A stretch of DNA of 64,000 nucleotides from Mobula hypostoma (taxonomy: Eukaryota): assembly GCF_963921235.1 (NCBI RefSeq), contig NC_086097.1:207268001-207332000 (forward strand), written 5' to 3'. The stretch's first letter is position 1, and each line of letters opens with the position of its first letter. Of the stretch, positions 12,008 to 24,890 are shown piece by piece. A program made the position numbers and the translations under genes. The notes below the pieces were generated by a model. That model worked only from the letters and a program-made list of their open reading frames with translations, searched no databases and was not told the origin of the DNA.

Positions 12008-13760
12008 AAACACACATCAAAGTTGCTGGTGAACGCAGCAGGCCAGGCAGCATCTGTAGGAAGAGGTGCAGTCGACGTTTCAGGCCGAGACCCTTCGTCA
12101 GGACTAACTGAAGGAAGAGTGAGTAAGGGATTTGAAAGCTGGAGGGGGAGGGGGAGATCATAAATGATAGGAGAAGACAGGAGGGGGAGGGATAGAGCCG
12201 AGAACTGGACAGGTGATAGGCAAAAGGGGATACGAGAGGATCATGGGACAGGAGGTCCGGGAAGAAAGACAAAGTGGGGGGGGGACCCAGAGGATGGGCA
12301 AGAGGTATATTCGGAGGGACAGAGGGAGAAAAAGGAGAGTGAGAGAAAGAATGTGTGCATAAAAATGAGTAACAGATGGGGTACGAGGGGGAGGTGGGGC
12401 CTTAGCGGAAGTTAGAGAAGTCGATGTTCATACCATCAGGTTGGAGGCTAACCAGACGGAATATAAGGTGTTGTTCCTCCAACCTGAGTGTGGCTTCATC
12501 TTTACAGTAGAGGAGGCCGTGGATAGACATGTCAGAATGGGAATGGGATGTGGAATTAAAATGTGTGGCCACTGGGAGATCCTGCTTTCTCTGGCAGACA
12601 GAGCGTAGATGTTCAGCAAAGCGGTCTCCCAGTCTGCGTCGGGTCTCGCCAATATATAAAAGGCCACATCGGGAGCACCGGACGCAGTATATCACCCCAG
12701 TCGACTCACAGGTGAAGTGTTGCCTCACCTGGAAGGACTGTTTGGGGCCCTGAATGGTGGTAAGGGAGGAAGTGTAAGGGCATGTGTAGCACTTGTTCCA
12801 CTTACACGGATAAGTGCCAGGAGGGAGATCAGTGGGGAGGGATGGGGGGGACGAATGGACAAGGGAATTGCGTAGGGAGCGATCCCTGCGGAATGTGGGT
12901 GGGGGGGGAGGGAAAGATGTGCTTAGTGGTGGGATCCCGTTGGAGGTGGCGGAAGTTACGGAGAATAATATGTTGGACCCGGAGGCTGGTGGGGTGGTAG
13001 GTGAGGACCATGGGAACCCTATTCCTAGTGGGGTGGCGGGAGGATGGAGTAAGAGCAGATGTACGTGAAATGGGGGAGATGCGTTTAAGAGCAGAGTTGA
13101 TAGTGGAGGAATGGAAGCCCCTTTCTTTAAAAAAGGATGACATCTCCCTCATCCTAGAATGAAAAGCCTCATCCTGAGAGCAGATGCGGCGGAGACGGAG
13201 GAATTGCAAGAAGGGGATGGCATTTTTGCAAGAGACGGGGTGAGAAGAGGAATAGTCCAGATAGCTGTGAGAGTCAGTAGGCTTATAGTAGACATCAGTG
13301 GATAAGCTGTCTCCAGAGACAGAGACAGAAAGATCTAGACCCTCGTACCCCATCTGTTACTTATTTTTATGCACACATTCTTTCTCTCACTCTCCTTTTT
13401 CTCCCTCTGTCCCTCTGAATATACCTCTTGCCCATCCTCTGGGTCCCCCCCCCCCCAACTTTGTCTTTCTTCCTGGACCTCCTGTCCCATGATCCTCTCG
13501 TATCCCCTTTTGCCTATCACCTGTCCAGCTCTTGGCTCTATCCCTCCCCCTCCTGTCTTCTCCTATCATTTCGGATCTCCCCCTCCCCCTCCAACTTTCA
13601 AATCCCTTACTCACTCTTCCTTCAGTTAGTCCTGACGAAGGGTCTTGGCCTGAAACATCGACTGTACCTCTTCCTACAGATGCTGCCTGGCCTGCTGCAT
13701 TCACCAGCAACTTTGATGTGTGTTGCTTGAATTTCCAGCATCTGCAGAATTCCTGTTTGC
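12008..13760 (-). mobile_element. Penelope-like element family 1: 5'-truncated RT end + GIY-YIG, with an inverted pLTR
   Basis: ORFs 12829..13353 (TDVYYKPTDSHSYLDY) and 12402..12728 (GVIYCVRCSRCGLLYIGETRRRLGDRFAEH); direct pLTR 12008-12400, inverted pLTR 13339-13760; 14-bp TSD gttatgcttttggg at 11994-12007 and 13761-13774. Confidence 0.93.
12070..12105 (-). ncRNA. Minimal hammerhead ribozyme motif, intact core
   Basis: Reverse complement AGUC-CUGACGA-A-GGGUCUCGGCCU-GAAA-CG-UC-GACU. Confidence 0.7.
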
Positions 13761-14349
13761 GTTATGCTTTTGGGGTCTTTTTCAGCTCTGGATCTTAGAA
13801 TGTACAATATCTTTCCAATCAGTAATGGCATTTCTGCATCATAAACTGATGATTTATGTTATTCACGAGACTATACTTGTGAATAGCTTTCCTTTTCATG
13901 ACAAGGTTACTCTGCAATGTCACAGCCATGGTGACCTTCTATTAAATCACCTCAGCAGATACCCAGGATGTAGCAAGACTGGTTTTTCATAACGTACCTA
14001 ATTCAGGTTTACTCTATCATACTGACTTCGCTGTATACCTCCAATGATATAACTCCTCCCATGTCGGCCTCCACCTGGTGCATGAGTCCAAACTAGCAGA
14101 GGATGGGTGTAGAATTAAGGCTCCACCCCCAGTCTCTGTGAATCTACTTATTCAGCTTCTCTTGTATCTTCACTTTGGTGAAAATAGAAAGTGCCATGAT
14201 TGCCATAATTGATAAATGCATTGAAGTCACAGAGCTAAAGAATACCATTCAGTCCTGCACAGAAATACCACTTTAAATCTGATAACCATTAAATCTCTTC
14301 AGTAACCATACATAAATATTTGTATTATATACACACACATTCAGCAGAC

Positions 14350-15255
14350 CACTTTAAACCTTGGCAAACTTCTATAGATGTGCGGTGGAAAGTGTGCATT
14401 ATGGCCAGTTATGGGAACACCAATGCCCTTGAGTGGAAAATCCTATAAAAGGTAGTGGGTTCAGCCCAGAACATCACAGGTAAAACCCTCCGAACCATTG
14501 AGCACATCTATGTGAAACATTGCCATGGAAAAGCAGCATCCATCATCAAAGATCCTCACCAACCAGGCCATGCTCTTTTCTTGCTACTGTCATCAGGTAG
14601 AATCCTACCCAATGGAAAATCCTGGCAACTCTGAACCATGTTTCTCACCCTCTGCATGCTACCTTGGCTGAACAGAGGTGCATTTTTAGTGATAGACTGA
14701 GACAACTATGCTAATCCAAACAGTGCTATATGAGGTCCTTCTTACCCTCGGCCATTAGACTCTATAATAAGTCAACTTACAACCGGGGAAGTGATGAACC
14801 CCTCCTGCTAAACTGGTTGAGGTAACTTATTTTTTATTCTTTCTTACTTCTTTTCTAATATTTATATATTTGTATATCTGTGCACTTGTAACACTACTGT
14901 GACACTGTAATTTTCCTTGTAATCAATAAAGTATCTATCTATCTACCTAGAAGGGACAAATGCTTCAGGACTTGCACCACCAGGTTCAAGAACACACTAT
15001 CCTCAACAATCAGGGTCTCGAACAAAATGGGATAGCTTTTGGAGGAGCACTTAAGGACTCTGTCATATTGTTATTTCATGCTCATTATTTATGGTGAATT
15101 GCTTTTATCTGCATTTGCACAGTTCAGTTTACAGTTTACAGATCCTGTTTACAGTTACAGTTCTATAGATTTGCTAAGTATACCCGCAGAAAAAGAATCT
15201 CAGGGTTGTATGTGTATGTACTCTGATAATAAATTTTACTTTAAGCCTTTTACTT
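14350..15255 (+). mobile_element. Cluster of decayed Rex1/Babar-like 3' fragments
   Basis: Degenerate FYRCxVES / ASIIKDPHxPGHALF-like coding remnants; 3' ends with aataaa followed by (tatc)n at ~14925-14948. Confidence 0.55.
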
Positions 15256-17234
15256 TGAACTTTATTTGGTACACCTGCTCATTAATATAAATACCTAATC
15301 ATGTGGCAACAACTCAATGCATAAAAGCATACAGTCATGGTCAAGATGTTCAGTAGTTGTTGGATTGATTTAAGTGCCAGCCCAGTTTAGAAAAGTCCAC
15401 TATGGGCCAGAGTGTGGTTGTGGCCACGGGCTGAGCCCACAGTGTATTGCCGCGGCAGGGACCAGGTTGTAGTGTGAGGAACAACCTGCGGTTTAGACAT
15501 TTTAAACGCCGGCCCAGGTAGACCAATAAGGCATGGTTTCGGGACCGGAGGTAAGGATCGGGCTGATTCTGCTCACTCTCCCATGACATTTACTCCTCTT
15601 CTCATGGTGCTGAGGCTGTGAGACTGCTCCAGGCCTCGTATCTGTGAACTTCCCAGCAATTTGCCCTGTTGTGTGATGAACTGAGACAGAGGCTATGGGC
15701 TTCAGGTGTATGCATTTAATTTGGTTCTGAATGCTGTTGCTTGCTTTTATTGTTTGCACAATTTGTGTTTTTTAAATCTTGCTCTCTGTGCATGGGTGTT
15801 GGTATTTTTTTTTAACAGGGTTCTTTTGGGTTTTGTGCTTTGTGGCTGCCTGTAAGCAGATGAATCTCAAGGTTATATAATTTATATAGTAACATAGAAA
15901 ACCTACAACACAATATAGGCCCACCTTTGGCCCACAAAGCTGTACCCAGCATGTCCCTACCTTAGACCTACCTAGGCTTTACCCATACTCCTCTATTTTT
16001 CTAAGCTTCATGTAGCCATCCAGGAGTCTTTTCATTATTTCTTTGTTTTTCTTTTCATTATACTCTAATACCCTGGAGCAACCTTTTAATGTTGCTTCTC
16101 CCTCATTGATTCAAATACTCAAAATTTGTTTTAACTTTCCATTACAATAGACATTTAATTAGTTTTTAAATAAACTATTTTTATGCAGTATTGATAGCTA
16201 TATCATTTATATATTCTGTCAATAGTTTAGAATTTGAAGTCCAAATTTATAGTTTACATTTGGGCCTCTAGATTATTAGCTTGGTAAATTAACATGTGTG
16301 CCACACCTTATCCTCCAGAGTAGTAAATCTAGTATTAGTTCGTCTCCTGGTTCACCAGATAAATACATGGCTGCATGTAAAGTGCAATTTGCAATTGTGG
16401 TCTGATCCTAAAAGTCAATACTATGTCTATTCCTCAGAAGGGACAGCTGTCTTCTGAGGAAAGATTTATTAAGAATTACCTAAATTGTTAGAATTTAGAA
16501 ATAGGAGGTGATCATGTTGATACAAAATTCAGGTAGGAATTGGCACAATGGATGTCAACCATTTCCCCTAACCTGGATATTAAGAATTGGAGAAATTCCT
16601 TCAGGCCAACAGAAACAAACCTTTGAAATCCTATACATTCAAGGACTGTGAATGCTTAGTTATAATTTAGGGTGACGTTAATGGAAAGTTGAACCAACTA
16701 GATAGATATATAGATATACAGGGCTAGCCACGATCTTGTTGAATGACAACAGGGCCTACTACTGTTTTTATTTCTTATGCACTTCCAGGCCCACAGGAAT
16801 AATTCTAAACAGCTTACTGAAATGCCTAGAAAGGCACACCACCCAAGTAGCAATTAGAGATGAACAAATGCAAATTTGACCAATTATGCAAATTTCAATA
16901 TAGGAACTAATCTTACCAAAAGAACAATTGATAATTGTCATTCTAAATTATATGCCAAAAAATAATGGCAATCTGATGCAGAGAATTTTGACAGACACCA
17001 AAAATCACTTGCAGTAGTCAGTCCGAATAAATCATTAGAGAAAAAATTCCAAAGAACAGAATGTAAAATTCATAGTCTGAGCTAAAGATTAGGGATTATA
17101 GTCAATTCCCGTTAAAGAAGATTTGAAGAACAATTCTCACAATTCTGGTCTGGTTTTTGATGTTTTACTAATTATTAGTTTCTTTAGAACCAGCCTTTTG
17201 CAATAGGATTACACATTGCTTTAAAGATTAAAAC

Positions 17235-18563
17235 TTTATTTCTCGCCTCCGTTCTGTTGTTCAATTAGTACCAAGCTTTTATCCAAATGCTTACTTAACA
17301 GTTAATAGAACATTTAAAAACTTCATTGCTGAAATATCAATGCTTGGGGTGTACTGCATTCCTCTATCATGGAATGGCAATGTAAAATGACACATTTTTG
17401 TCACTACCTTGGTAGTTAAGATGTTTTAATAACAATTAACTCCAAATTCTATAGATCCTTTCATAAGCTCAATATTCCATGGCATTTTAAACTAATTATA
17501 AAACCTACGGTATATTGCAGAAAACATGAATATCTTAAGCAGGAAGAAAAACCAGTAAGTTTTTTCTTGGAATGAAATTGTATGATAAATTATAGTACTG
17601 CCACTTTGCTCCTGCAGTCAGAGACTGATTTTAAACAATGCAAGATGCACACTCTACATGTTTAAATGTTTATTTCAAAATTCTGAAATTCTTTTACAAT
17701 ACAATAATGTTTATACTTAAAGGTTTTACAATGGTTAATGTACAAGAGAAATAATTTTTTAAACTGAATGGAACACTGGTCACCAAGATGAAACAATATA
17801 TTAAATTTACTCCAGCTTAAGTTGCTGGGAAGTTTTTATATCATGTTATCTGTAAACAGATTCCTCCCTTCCAATGTGTATACACAATCAACAATTTTTG
17901 CAGAAATGCATCTCAAGCAACTGATGGAAATTTCAGTCCTATTCATTCATTGCACCGTTCTTCACTATATTGGGCTAGATCTCTACATTTCTAATAAACC
18001 TCAGTATATATGCAGATTAACAGCAAGAATGAAAATTCATGAAATAAAATTATGTTCAAACTTTACATGGAATTTTTGCATGCTAGGAACACAAATGTTT
18101 AAATAATTAAATACATATGGTAAAGTTGTTTTGCTCATAAGTTACTTTGATAGCAATAAGTTGACACATATGCTGGTAATAATGACAAATGATTTAACAT
18201 CTGAATATTCAGTAAAATCTTTTGAACAGGCATTTAACAGGGCTGCTATGCCATAATGTACAAGTCATGCTCCAATGCTCCATGAAAAGAAAGTTATTTG
18301 GTTTACATTTCCCAAGTCTTCAGTGTAAGATTAAAAGCAGGTTAATGAATGAGACTAAATACATTTTATGATTTGGACACAGTTGAATTCAGTACACATT
18401 AAATGGGGAGTAGCAAATAAAGAATTATTACTCCAGCAAGTTTCCACTCATGAATTACAATTGTGTCACCTTTTCCAAACAGAAATTTTTCAAGACTGCA
18501 TAATAAGCTATAAAGGAATCACATGAGAAGGGAAAGGATGAACTATTAACAGTTAATTTAATA
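17235..18563 (-). other. RB1CC1: Probable RB1CC1 3'UTR with candidate poly(A) signals
   Basis: AT-rich sequence with no recognisable TE after the stop codon; minus-strand AATAAA at 17669-17674 and 17235-17240; true end not determinable. Confidence 0.55.
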
Positions 18564-18647
18564 TCACTGTTGTACTTTCTTGTTCCAGGGTACTGCTTTC
18601 ACTCTGTAGAATTTTGTTCCCAGCGGCACCTTAAATCTATTTTGAGC
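18564..18647 (-). CDS. RB1CC1: RB1CC1 terminal coding exon, AQNRFKVPLGTKFYRVKAVPWNKKVQQ*
   Basis: tttttag acceptor, 27 codons then TGA at 18566-18564; Atg11/FIP200 Claw C-terminal motif NRFKVPLGTKFYRVKA. Confidence 0.97.
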   Translation of the reverse strand, partial: AQNRFKVPLGTKFYRVKAVPWNKKVQQ

Positions 18648-19050
18648 CTAAAAAGCAATTACAAAATGGCTTCAGTTTAGTCAAAATTCAATCAGCACAA
18701 CTACAAAAACAATTAATTCTGTTAACATATCTCAGAAAGGAGTCAGTTCATAAAATTTGGGTAGTTATTTTCTAAAAATAATTATCATGTGCTTTCAAGA
18801 ACAAAGTGGTATAATGTTTTTCTAAATTGCATACAGAGATAATTATAATATTGTAGTCTTTTTATTTGTCACTAAACATTTATAACACATGTCCACAATA
18901 AAATGATTTAATTTTTTTCCAGTAGATTTGTATAGACCGATAAAAAAATCAGTAAAATTACTGACATTAACTAGATACATCAATTCATGGTCATTACAGT
19001 TAGTTGACCTGCCCATGGCAAGAATGTAAGTGGTTGAAAACATCTGAATA

Positions 19051-19277
19051 AACAACACACATAAAAGTTGCTGGTGAACGCAGCAGGCCAGGCAGCATCT
19101 CTAGGAAGAGGTGCAGTCGACGATTCGGGCCGAGACCCTTCGTCTGACGAAGGGTCTCGGCCCGAATCGTCGACTGCACCTCTTCCTAGAGATGCTGCCT
19201 AGCCTGCTGCGTTCACCAGCAACTTTTATGTGTGTTGCTTGAATTTCCAGCATCTGCAGAATTCCTGTTGTTTGCGT
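19051..19277. mobile_element. Near-perfect palindrome of PLE family 1 terminal repeats in the last RB1CC1 intron
   Basis: Arms ~19053-19143 and ~19145-19236; 17-bp TSD ttgaaaacatctgaata at 19034-19050 and 19278-19294. Confidence 0.92.
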
Positions 19278-20409
19278 TTGAAAACATCTGAATATACTGT
19301 TCAAGAAGAAATAATGCAACGCTAATCTAGCTGCTGTATCAGACCATCAACTGCTTTCCAATGGAACCATTTTACAAGGATTTATCTAATCACTCTGCTT
19401 TCAGCAAAATCTGACTTCTGCAGTCAACTCAGCTTTCTGGAAATAAAAAGCTAGTAGTATGCCATTTATCCCTGAATGGAGATTGACATGTTGCCTTGAC
19501 GAATGCCAGTACTATCTCCTGAACCAATAGTTTGAAGTCACTAACAGTACTAATCAAATCAAAGCCAATTAAACTGGAGGCATTGAAGTTCATTCAAAAT
19601 TATTGGTATTGGCCACAGATTTCAGAAAGGAAGACAAAGCTTTGACAAAAAGGACTCCTTTACAAAAGAAATCCCAGAGCCACCTCACCTGAAAGTACAG
19701 ATAATTAACTAGTGGTGAAGATTGGAGAGGACCATGATTGCACAAATAAACACTATTATAGGAATGAAGAGTTCAGTACAGCAGGATGACAGAAGTTGAT
19801 TCTACATTGTGGGTTAGCAAGAATGGGCGTGAACAGAAATTAGTGGCGGACAACAAGCTGGAAGCTGAAGTTTACAGTGGGCAGAAAATGGAATCCAAGC
19901 GAGATAGCATTGGAACATACACTGGGGGGGGGGGAACAAAAATCACATGGATTGAAACTCTACACTAAACTTATACTATTTGCTGCAAAGGATTGGTAAT
20001 GCTAGTTAACAAGAGATGAAAAGAATGCACTGAGATCTGCCTCCATAAAACTTCTCCCAATCCTTCTAGAATCTCAAAATAGTCAAATTGCTTATACTTA
20101 CAGCCAGTAATCTCTTTCTACGGGTGGGGGGGGGGGTGGAGATATATCTCTACCAAAGGAGGTGCAAGATGTTCCTTCCCTCAACCAGCTGCTGGCTTGC
20201 AGGTCACAGCTGGGCACGGTTTATCACCTGACGGGGACCCCCCTCCCCCTGGATCAGGATCATGTGAAGCCATGGGAGCAGGTGGTGGATGGTTGTATGA
20301 GTAGCTGCTGCATATCATAAGTCCTGGTTACGTGACCACTGATGTCAGCAAGACAATCTCCAAAGAGTACAGATAATGGCTGTGGTCACCCAGTCTTGTC
20401 TTACAACCC

Positions 20410-20952
20410 TAGAATCATAGAAAAGTAAAGCAGACAGACTCTTCAGCCTGTCTTGTCTATGCTGAACTATTTGAATTGGTTAGTATCATCAACCTGCACC
20501 CAGAACACAGCCCTTCATACTACTCCCATCCCTGTACCTAACCAAACTTTTCTTAAGCGCTGAAATCAAAATTGCGTCCACCATTTGCACTGGCAGCTCA
20601 TTCCACACACTCACAACTTTGAGTGAAGTTTCCCTTCAAACATTTCACCTTTCAACCTTAACCCATGACCTCTAGTTGTAGTCCCACCCAATCTCAATGG
20701 AAAAAGGCTGCTTGCATTACCTCACATTTATACCCCTTTAAAATCTCCCCTCAATCTTCTGCATTCCAAGGAATAAAGCCCCAGCCTATACAATCTCCAG
20801 TCCCGGCAATATCCTTATAAATTTTCTCTGTACTCTTTCCACCTTATTTATATCCTTCCTGTAGGTAGGTGACCAAAACTACAAACAATACACAAAATTA
20901 GGCCTCAGCAATGGCTTCAACATAATACCCCATCTCCTGTACTCAATACATT
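20410..20952 (-). mobile_element. Older CR1 3' fragment
   Basis: Degenerate ORF2 C-terminus and 3'UTR, homologous to 33018-33550. Confidence 0.7.
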
Positions 20953-23900
20953 GAACATAGAACAGTACAGCACAGTACAGGCCCTTCGGCCCACAATATT
21001 GTGCTGACCCTCAAACCCTGCCTCCCATATAAGCCCCCACCTTAAATTCCTCCATATACCTGTCTAGTAGTCTCCTAAACTTCACCAGTGTATCTGCCTC
21101 CACCACTGACTCAGGCAGTGCATTCCACGCACCAACCACTCTCTGAAGAAAAAACCTTCCTCTAATATCCCCCTTGAACTTCCCACCCCTTACCTTAAAG
21201 CCATGTCCGCTTGTATTGAGCAGTGGTTCCCTGGGGAAGAGGCGCTGGCTATCCACTCTATCTATTCCTCTTATTATCTTGTACACCTCTATCATGTCTC
21301 CTCTCATCCTCCTTCTCTCAAAAGAGTAAAGCCCTAGCTCCCTTAATCTCTGATCATAATGCATACTCTCTAAACCAGACAGCATTCTGGTAAATCTCCT
21401 CTGTACCCTTTCCAATGCTTCCACATCCTTCCTATAGTGAGGCGACCAGAACTGGACACAGTACTCCAAGTGTGGCCTAACCAGAGTTTTATAGAGCTGC
21501 ACCATTACATCGCGACCCTTAAACTTTATCCCTCGACTTATGAAAGCTAACACCTCATAAGCTTTCTTAACTACGCTATCCACCTGTGAGGCAACTTTCA
21601 GGGATCTGTGGACATGTACCCCCAGATCCCTCTGCTCCTCCACACTACCAAGTATCCTGCCATTTACTTTGTACTCTGCCTTGGAGTTTGTCCTTCCAAA
21701 GTGTACCACCTCACACTTCTCTGGGTTGAACTCCATCTGCCACTTCTCAGCCAACTTCTGCATCCTATCAATGTCCCTCTGCAATCTTTGACAATCCTCT
21801 ACACTATCTACAACACCACCAACCTCTGTGTCGTCTGCAAACTTGTCAGCCCACCCTTCTACCCCGACATCCAGGTCGTTAATAAAAATCACAAAAAGTA
21901 GAGGTCCCAGAACAGATCCTTGTGGGACACCACTAGTCACAGTCCTCCAATCTGAATGTACTCCCTCCACCACGACCCTCTGCCTTCTTCAGGCAAGCCA
22001 ATTCTGAATCCACCTGGCCAAACTTCCCTAGATCCCATGCCTTCTGACTTTGTGAATAAGCCTACCATGTGGAACCTTGTCAAATACCTTACTAAAATCC
22101 ATATAGATCACATCCACTACACTACCCTCATCTATATGCCTGGTCACCTCCTCAAAGAACTCTATCAGGCTTGTTAGACATGATCTGCCCTTCACAAAAC
22201 CATGCTGACTGTTCCTGATTCTCTAAATGCCCAGAGATCCTATCTTTAAGAAGCTTTTTCAACAGCTTTCCCACCACAGACGTAAGGCTCACTGGTCTAT
22301 AATTACCCCGATTATCCCTACTACCTTTTTTGAACAAGGAGACAACATTCACCTCCCTCCAATCCTCTGGTACCATTCCCGTGGAAAACAAGGACATAAA
22401 GGTCCTAGCCAGAGTCTCAGCAATCTCATCCCTCACCTTGTGGAGCAGCCTGGGGAATATTCCGTCAAGCCTGGGAACTTATCCGTCCTAATGTATTTTA
22501 ACAACTCCAACACCTCCTTTCCCTTAATATCAACATGCTCCAGGAAATCAACCTCACTCATATTGTCCTCACCGTCATCAAGTTCCCTCTCATTGGTGAA
22601 TACCGAAGAGAAGTATTCATTGAGGACCTCGCTCACTCCCACAGCCTCCAGGCACATCTTCCCACCTTTATCTCTAATCGGTCCTATCTTCACTGCTGTC
22701 ATCCTTTTTTTCGTCACATAATTGAAGAATGCCTTAGGGTTTTCCTTTACCCTACTCGCCAAGGCCTTCTCATGCCCCCTTCTTACTCTCTTCAGCCCAT
22801 TCTTAAGCTCCTTTCTTGCTTCCCTATATTCCTCAATAGACCCATTAGATCCTTGCTTCCTAAACCTCATGAATGCTGCCTTCTTCCACCTGACTAGATT
22901 TTCCACCTCACTTGTCACCCATGGTTCCTTCACCATACCATTCTTTATCTTCCTCACCAGGACAAATTTATCCCTTACATCCTGCAAGAGATCTGTAAAC
23001 ATCGACCACATGTCCATAGCACATTTCCCTGCAAAAACATCATCCCAATTCACACCCGCAAGTTCTAGCCTCATAGCCTCATAATTTGCCCTTCCCCAAT
23101 TAAAAGTTTTCCTGTCCTCTCTGATTCTATCCTTTTCCATGATAATGCTAAAGGCCAGGGAGCGGTGGTCACTGTCCCCCAGATGCTCACCCACTGAGAG
23201 ATCTGTGACCTGACCTGGTTCATTACCAAGTAGTAGATCTAGTATGGCATTCCTCCTAGTCGGCCTGTCAATATAATGTGACAGGAATCCGTCTTGGACA
23301 CACTTAACAAACTCTGCCCCATCTGAACCCTTGGAACTAATCAGGTGCCAATCAATATTAGGGAAGTTAAAGTCACCCATGATAACAACCCTGTCATTTT
23401 TGCACCTTTCCAAAATCTGCCTCCCAATCTGCTCCTCTGTATCTTTGCTGCTACCAGGGAGCCTATAGAATACCCCCAATAGAGTAACTGCTCCCTTCCT
23501 GTTCCTGACTTCCACCCATATTGACTCAAAAGAGGATCCTGCTACATTACCCACCCTTTCTGTAGCTGTAATAGTATCCCTGACCAGTAATGCCACCCCC
23601 TCCCCTTTTTCCGCCCTCTCTTTTAAAGCACTGAAATCCAGGAATATTGAGAATCCATTCCTTCCCTGGTGCCAGCCAAGTCTCTGTAATGGCCACTACA
23701 TCATAATTCCATGTATGTATCCAGGCTCTCAGTTCATCACCCTTGTTCCTGATGCTTCTTGCATTGAGGTACACACATTTCAGCCCTTCTACCTTACTGT
23801 CTTTACACCGTTTATTCTGCTTCTCTTTCCTCAAAGCCTCTCTGTATGTTAGATCTGGCTTTACTCCATGCACTTCTTTCACTGCTCTATGCTATGGGTC

Positions 23901-24040
23901 CCATCCCCCTTGCAAATTAGTTTAAACCCTCCCGAACCATGCTAGCAAACCTACCTGCAAGGATATTGCTCCCCCTAGAGTTCAGGTGCAACCCATCCAA
24001 TCTGTACAGGTCCCACCTTCCCCAGAAGAGATCCCAATGA
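20953..24040 (-). mobile_element. Young CR1 LINE: ORF1 end plus near-complete ORF2 (APE endonuclease + RT) with a few frameshifts
   Basis: ORFs 23917..24111 (DGLHLN esterase motif), 23547..23882 (YLNARSI, ITETW), 22433..23596, 22152..22436 and 21011..21973 (FADD). Confidence 0.95.
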
Positions 24041-24488
24041 TCTAGATTGTTGATATAGATGAGAAACAATAACAGCCCAAGCACCGATGCCTGCAGCACT
24101 CTACTACTCACAGGCCTTCAGTTAGAGAGGCAGCTATCTACTTCCACTCTCCTATCACCACCACTATCCTATAGGTTTCCCCTATCATTTCTTGGTTTAT
24201 TTTTTAAGAGCCCATCTTAAAAAGTGAAACTTTAACCCCAGCTTTCGCTAAGGATGATTTAATTATCCCTGCTAGTCTGTACTTGCCCCCCGCAGGATTC
24301 GAGGGAACACCTTGTCAGGCACTGGGGATTTATCCACCCTTATTTGCCTCAAGATAGCAAACACTTCCTCCTCTGTAATCTGTATAGTGTGCATGACCCT
24401 GCTGCTGCTTTGCCTCACTTCTATAGACTCTGTGTCCATCTCCTGAGTAAATACAGATGCAAAAAGTCCATTTAAGATCTCCCTCATC

Positions 24489-24890
24489 ACACACAAAATG
24501 CAGGAGTAAGGCAGCAGGCCAGGCAGCATCTATGAGGATAGTCAATGTTTCGGCTATACTTGTGGGTAGGGGGAGCATGTGGTCGAAGAGCTGAAGGGCA
24601 GCAGAAATCACAGTTTCGCTGAACTCCAATCGAAGGGAAGATTTAAACTTCTTCAGGATAGGCCCCTGGAAGAGACTTTGCAGTATAGTAGTCAAATCAC
24701 AAACAAGAGAAAATTTGCAGATGCTGGAAATCCAAGCAACACACACAAAATGCAGGAGGAACTCAGCAGGCCAGGCTGCGTCTACGGATGAGAATATAGT
24801 TGACGTTTCAGGCTGATACCCTTCATCAGGACTGGAGAAAAAAAGATGAAGAGTCCGAGTTAGAAGGTGGGGGGAGGGAAAGAGGGAGAG
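24489..24890 (-). mobile_element. PLE family 1-related insert: pLTR, ~150 bp downstream sequence, second partial pLTR in tandem
   Basis: pLTR-like 24698-24890 and 24489-24555 in the same orientation; imperfect TSD agatctccctcatc / aggtctcc..cccatc. Confidence 0.7.
24798..24833 (-). ncRNA. Hammerhead motif, core intact but stems imperfect; sense to RB1CC1 pre-mRNA
   Basis: Reverse complement AGUC-CUGAUGA-A-GGGUAUCAGCCU-GAAA-CG-UC-AACU. Confidence 0.55.

Noticed and set aside
3353..13798. Repeated ORFs such as MLVNAAGQAASLGRGAVDVSGRDP / SPDEGSRPETST
   Set aside because: Chance open frames through the PLE terminal repeat on both strands, not host genes
20105..20400. GC-richer segment possibly from an RTE-type 5' region or structured RNA
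   Set aside because: No ORF, TSD or definable fold could be supported by eye
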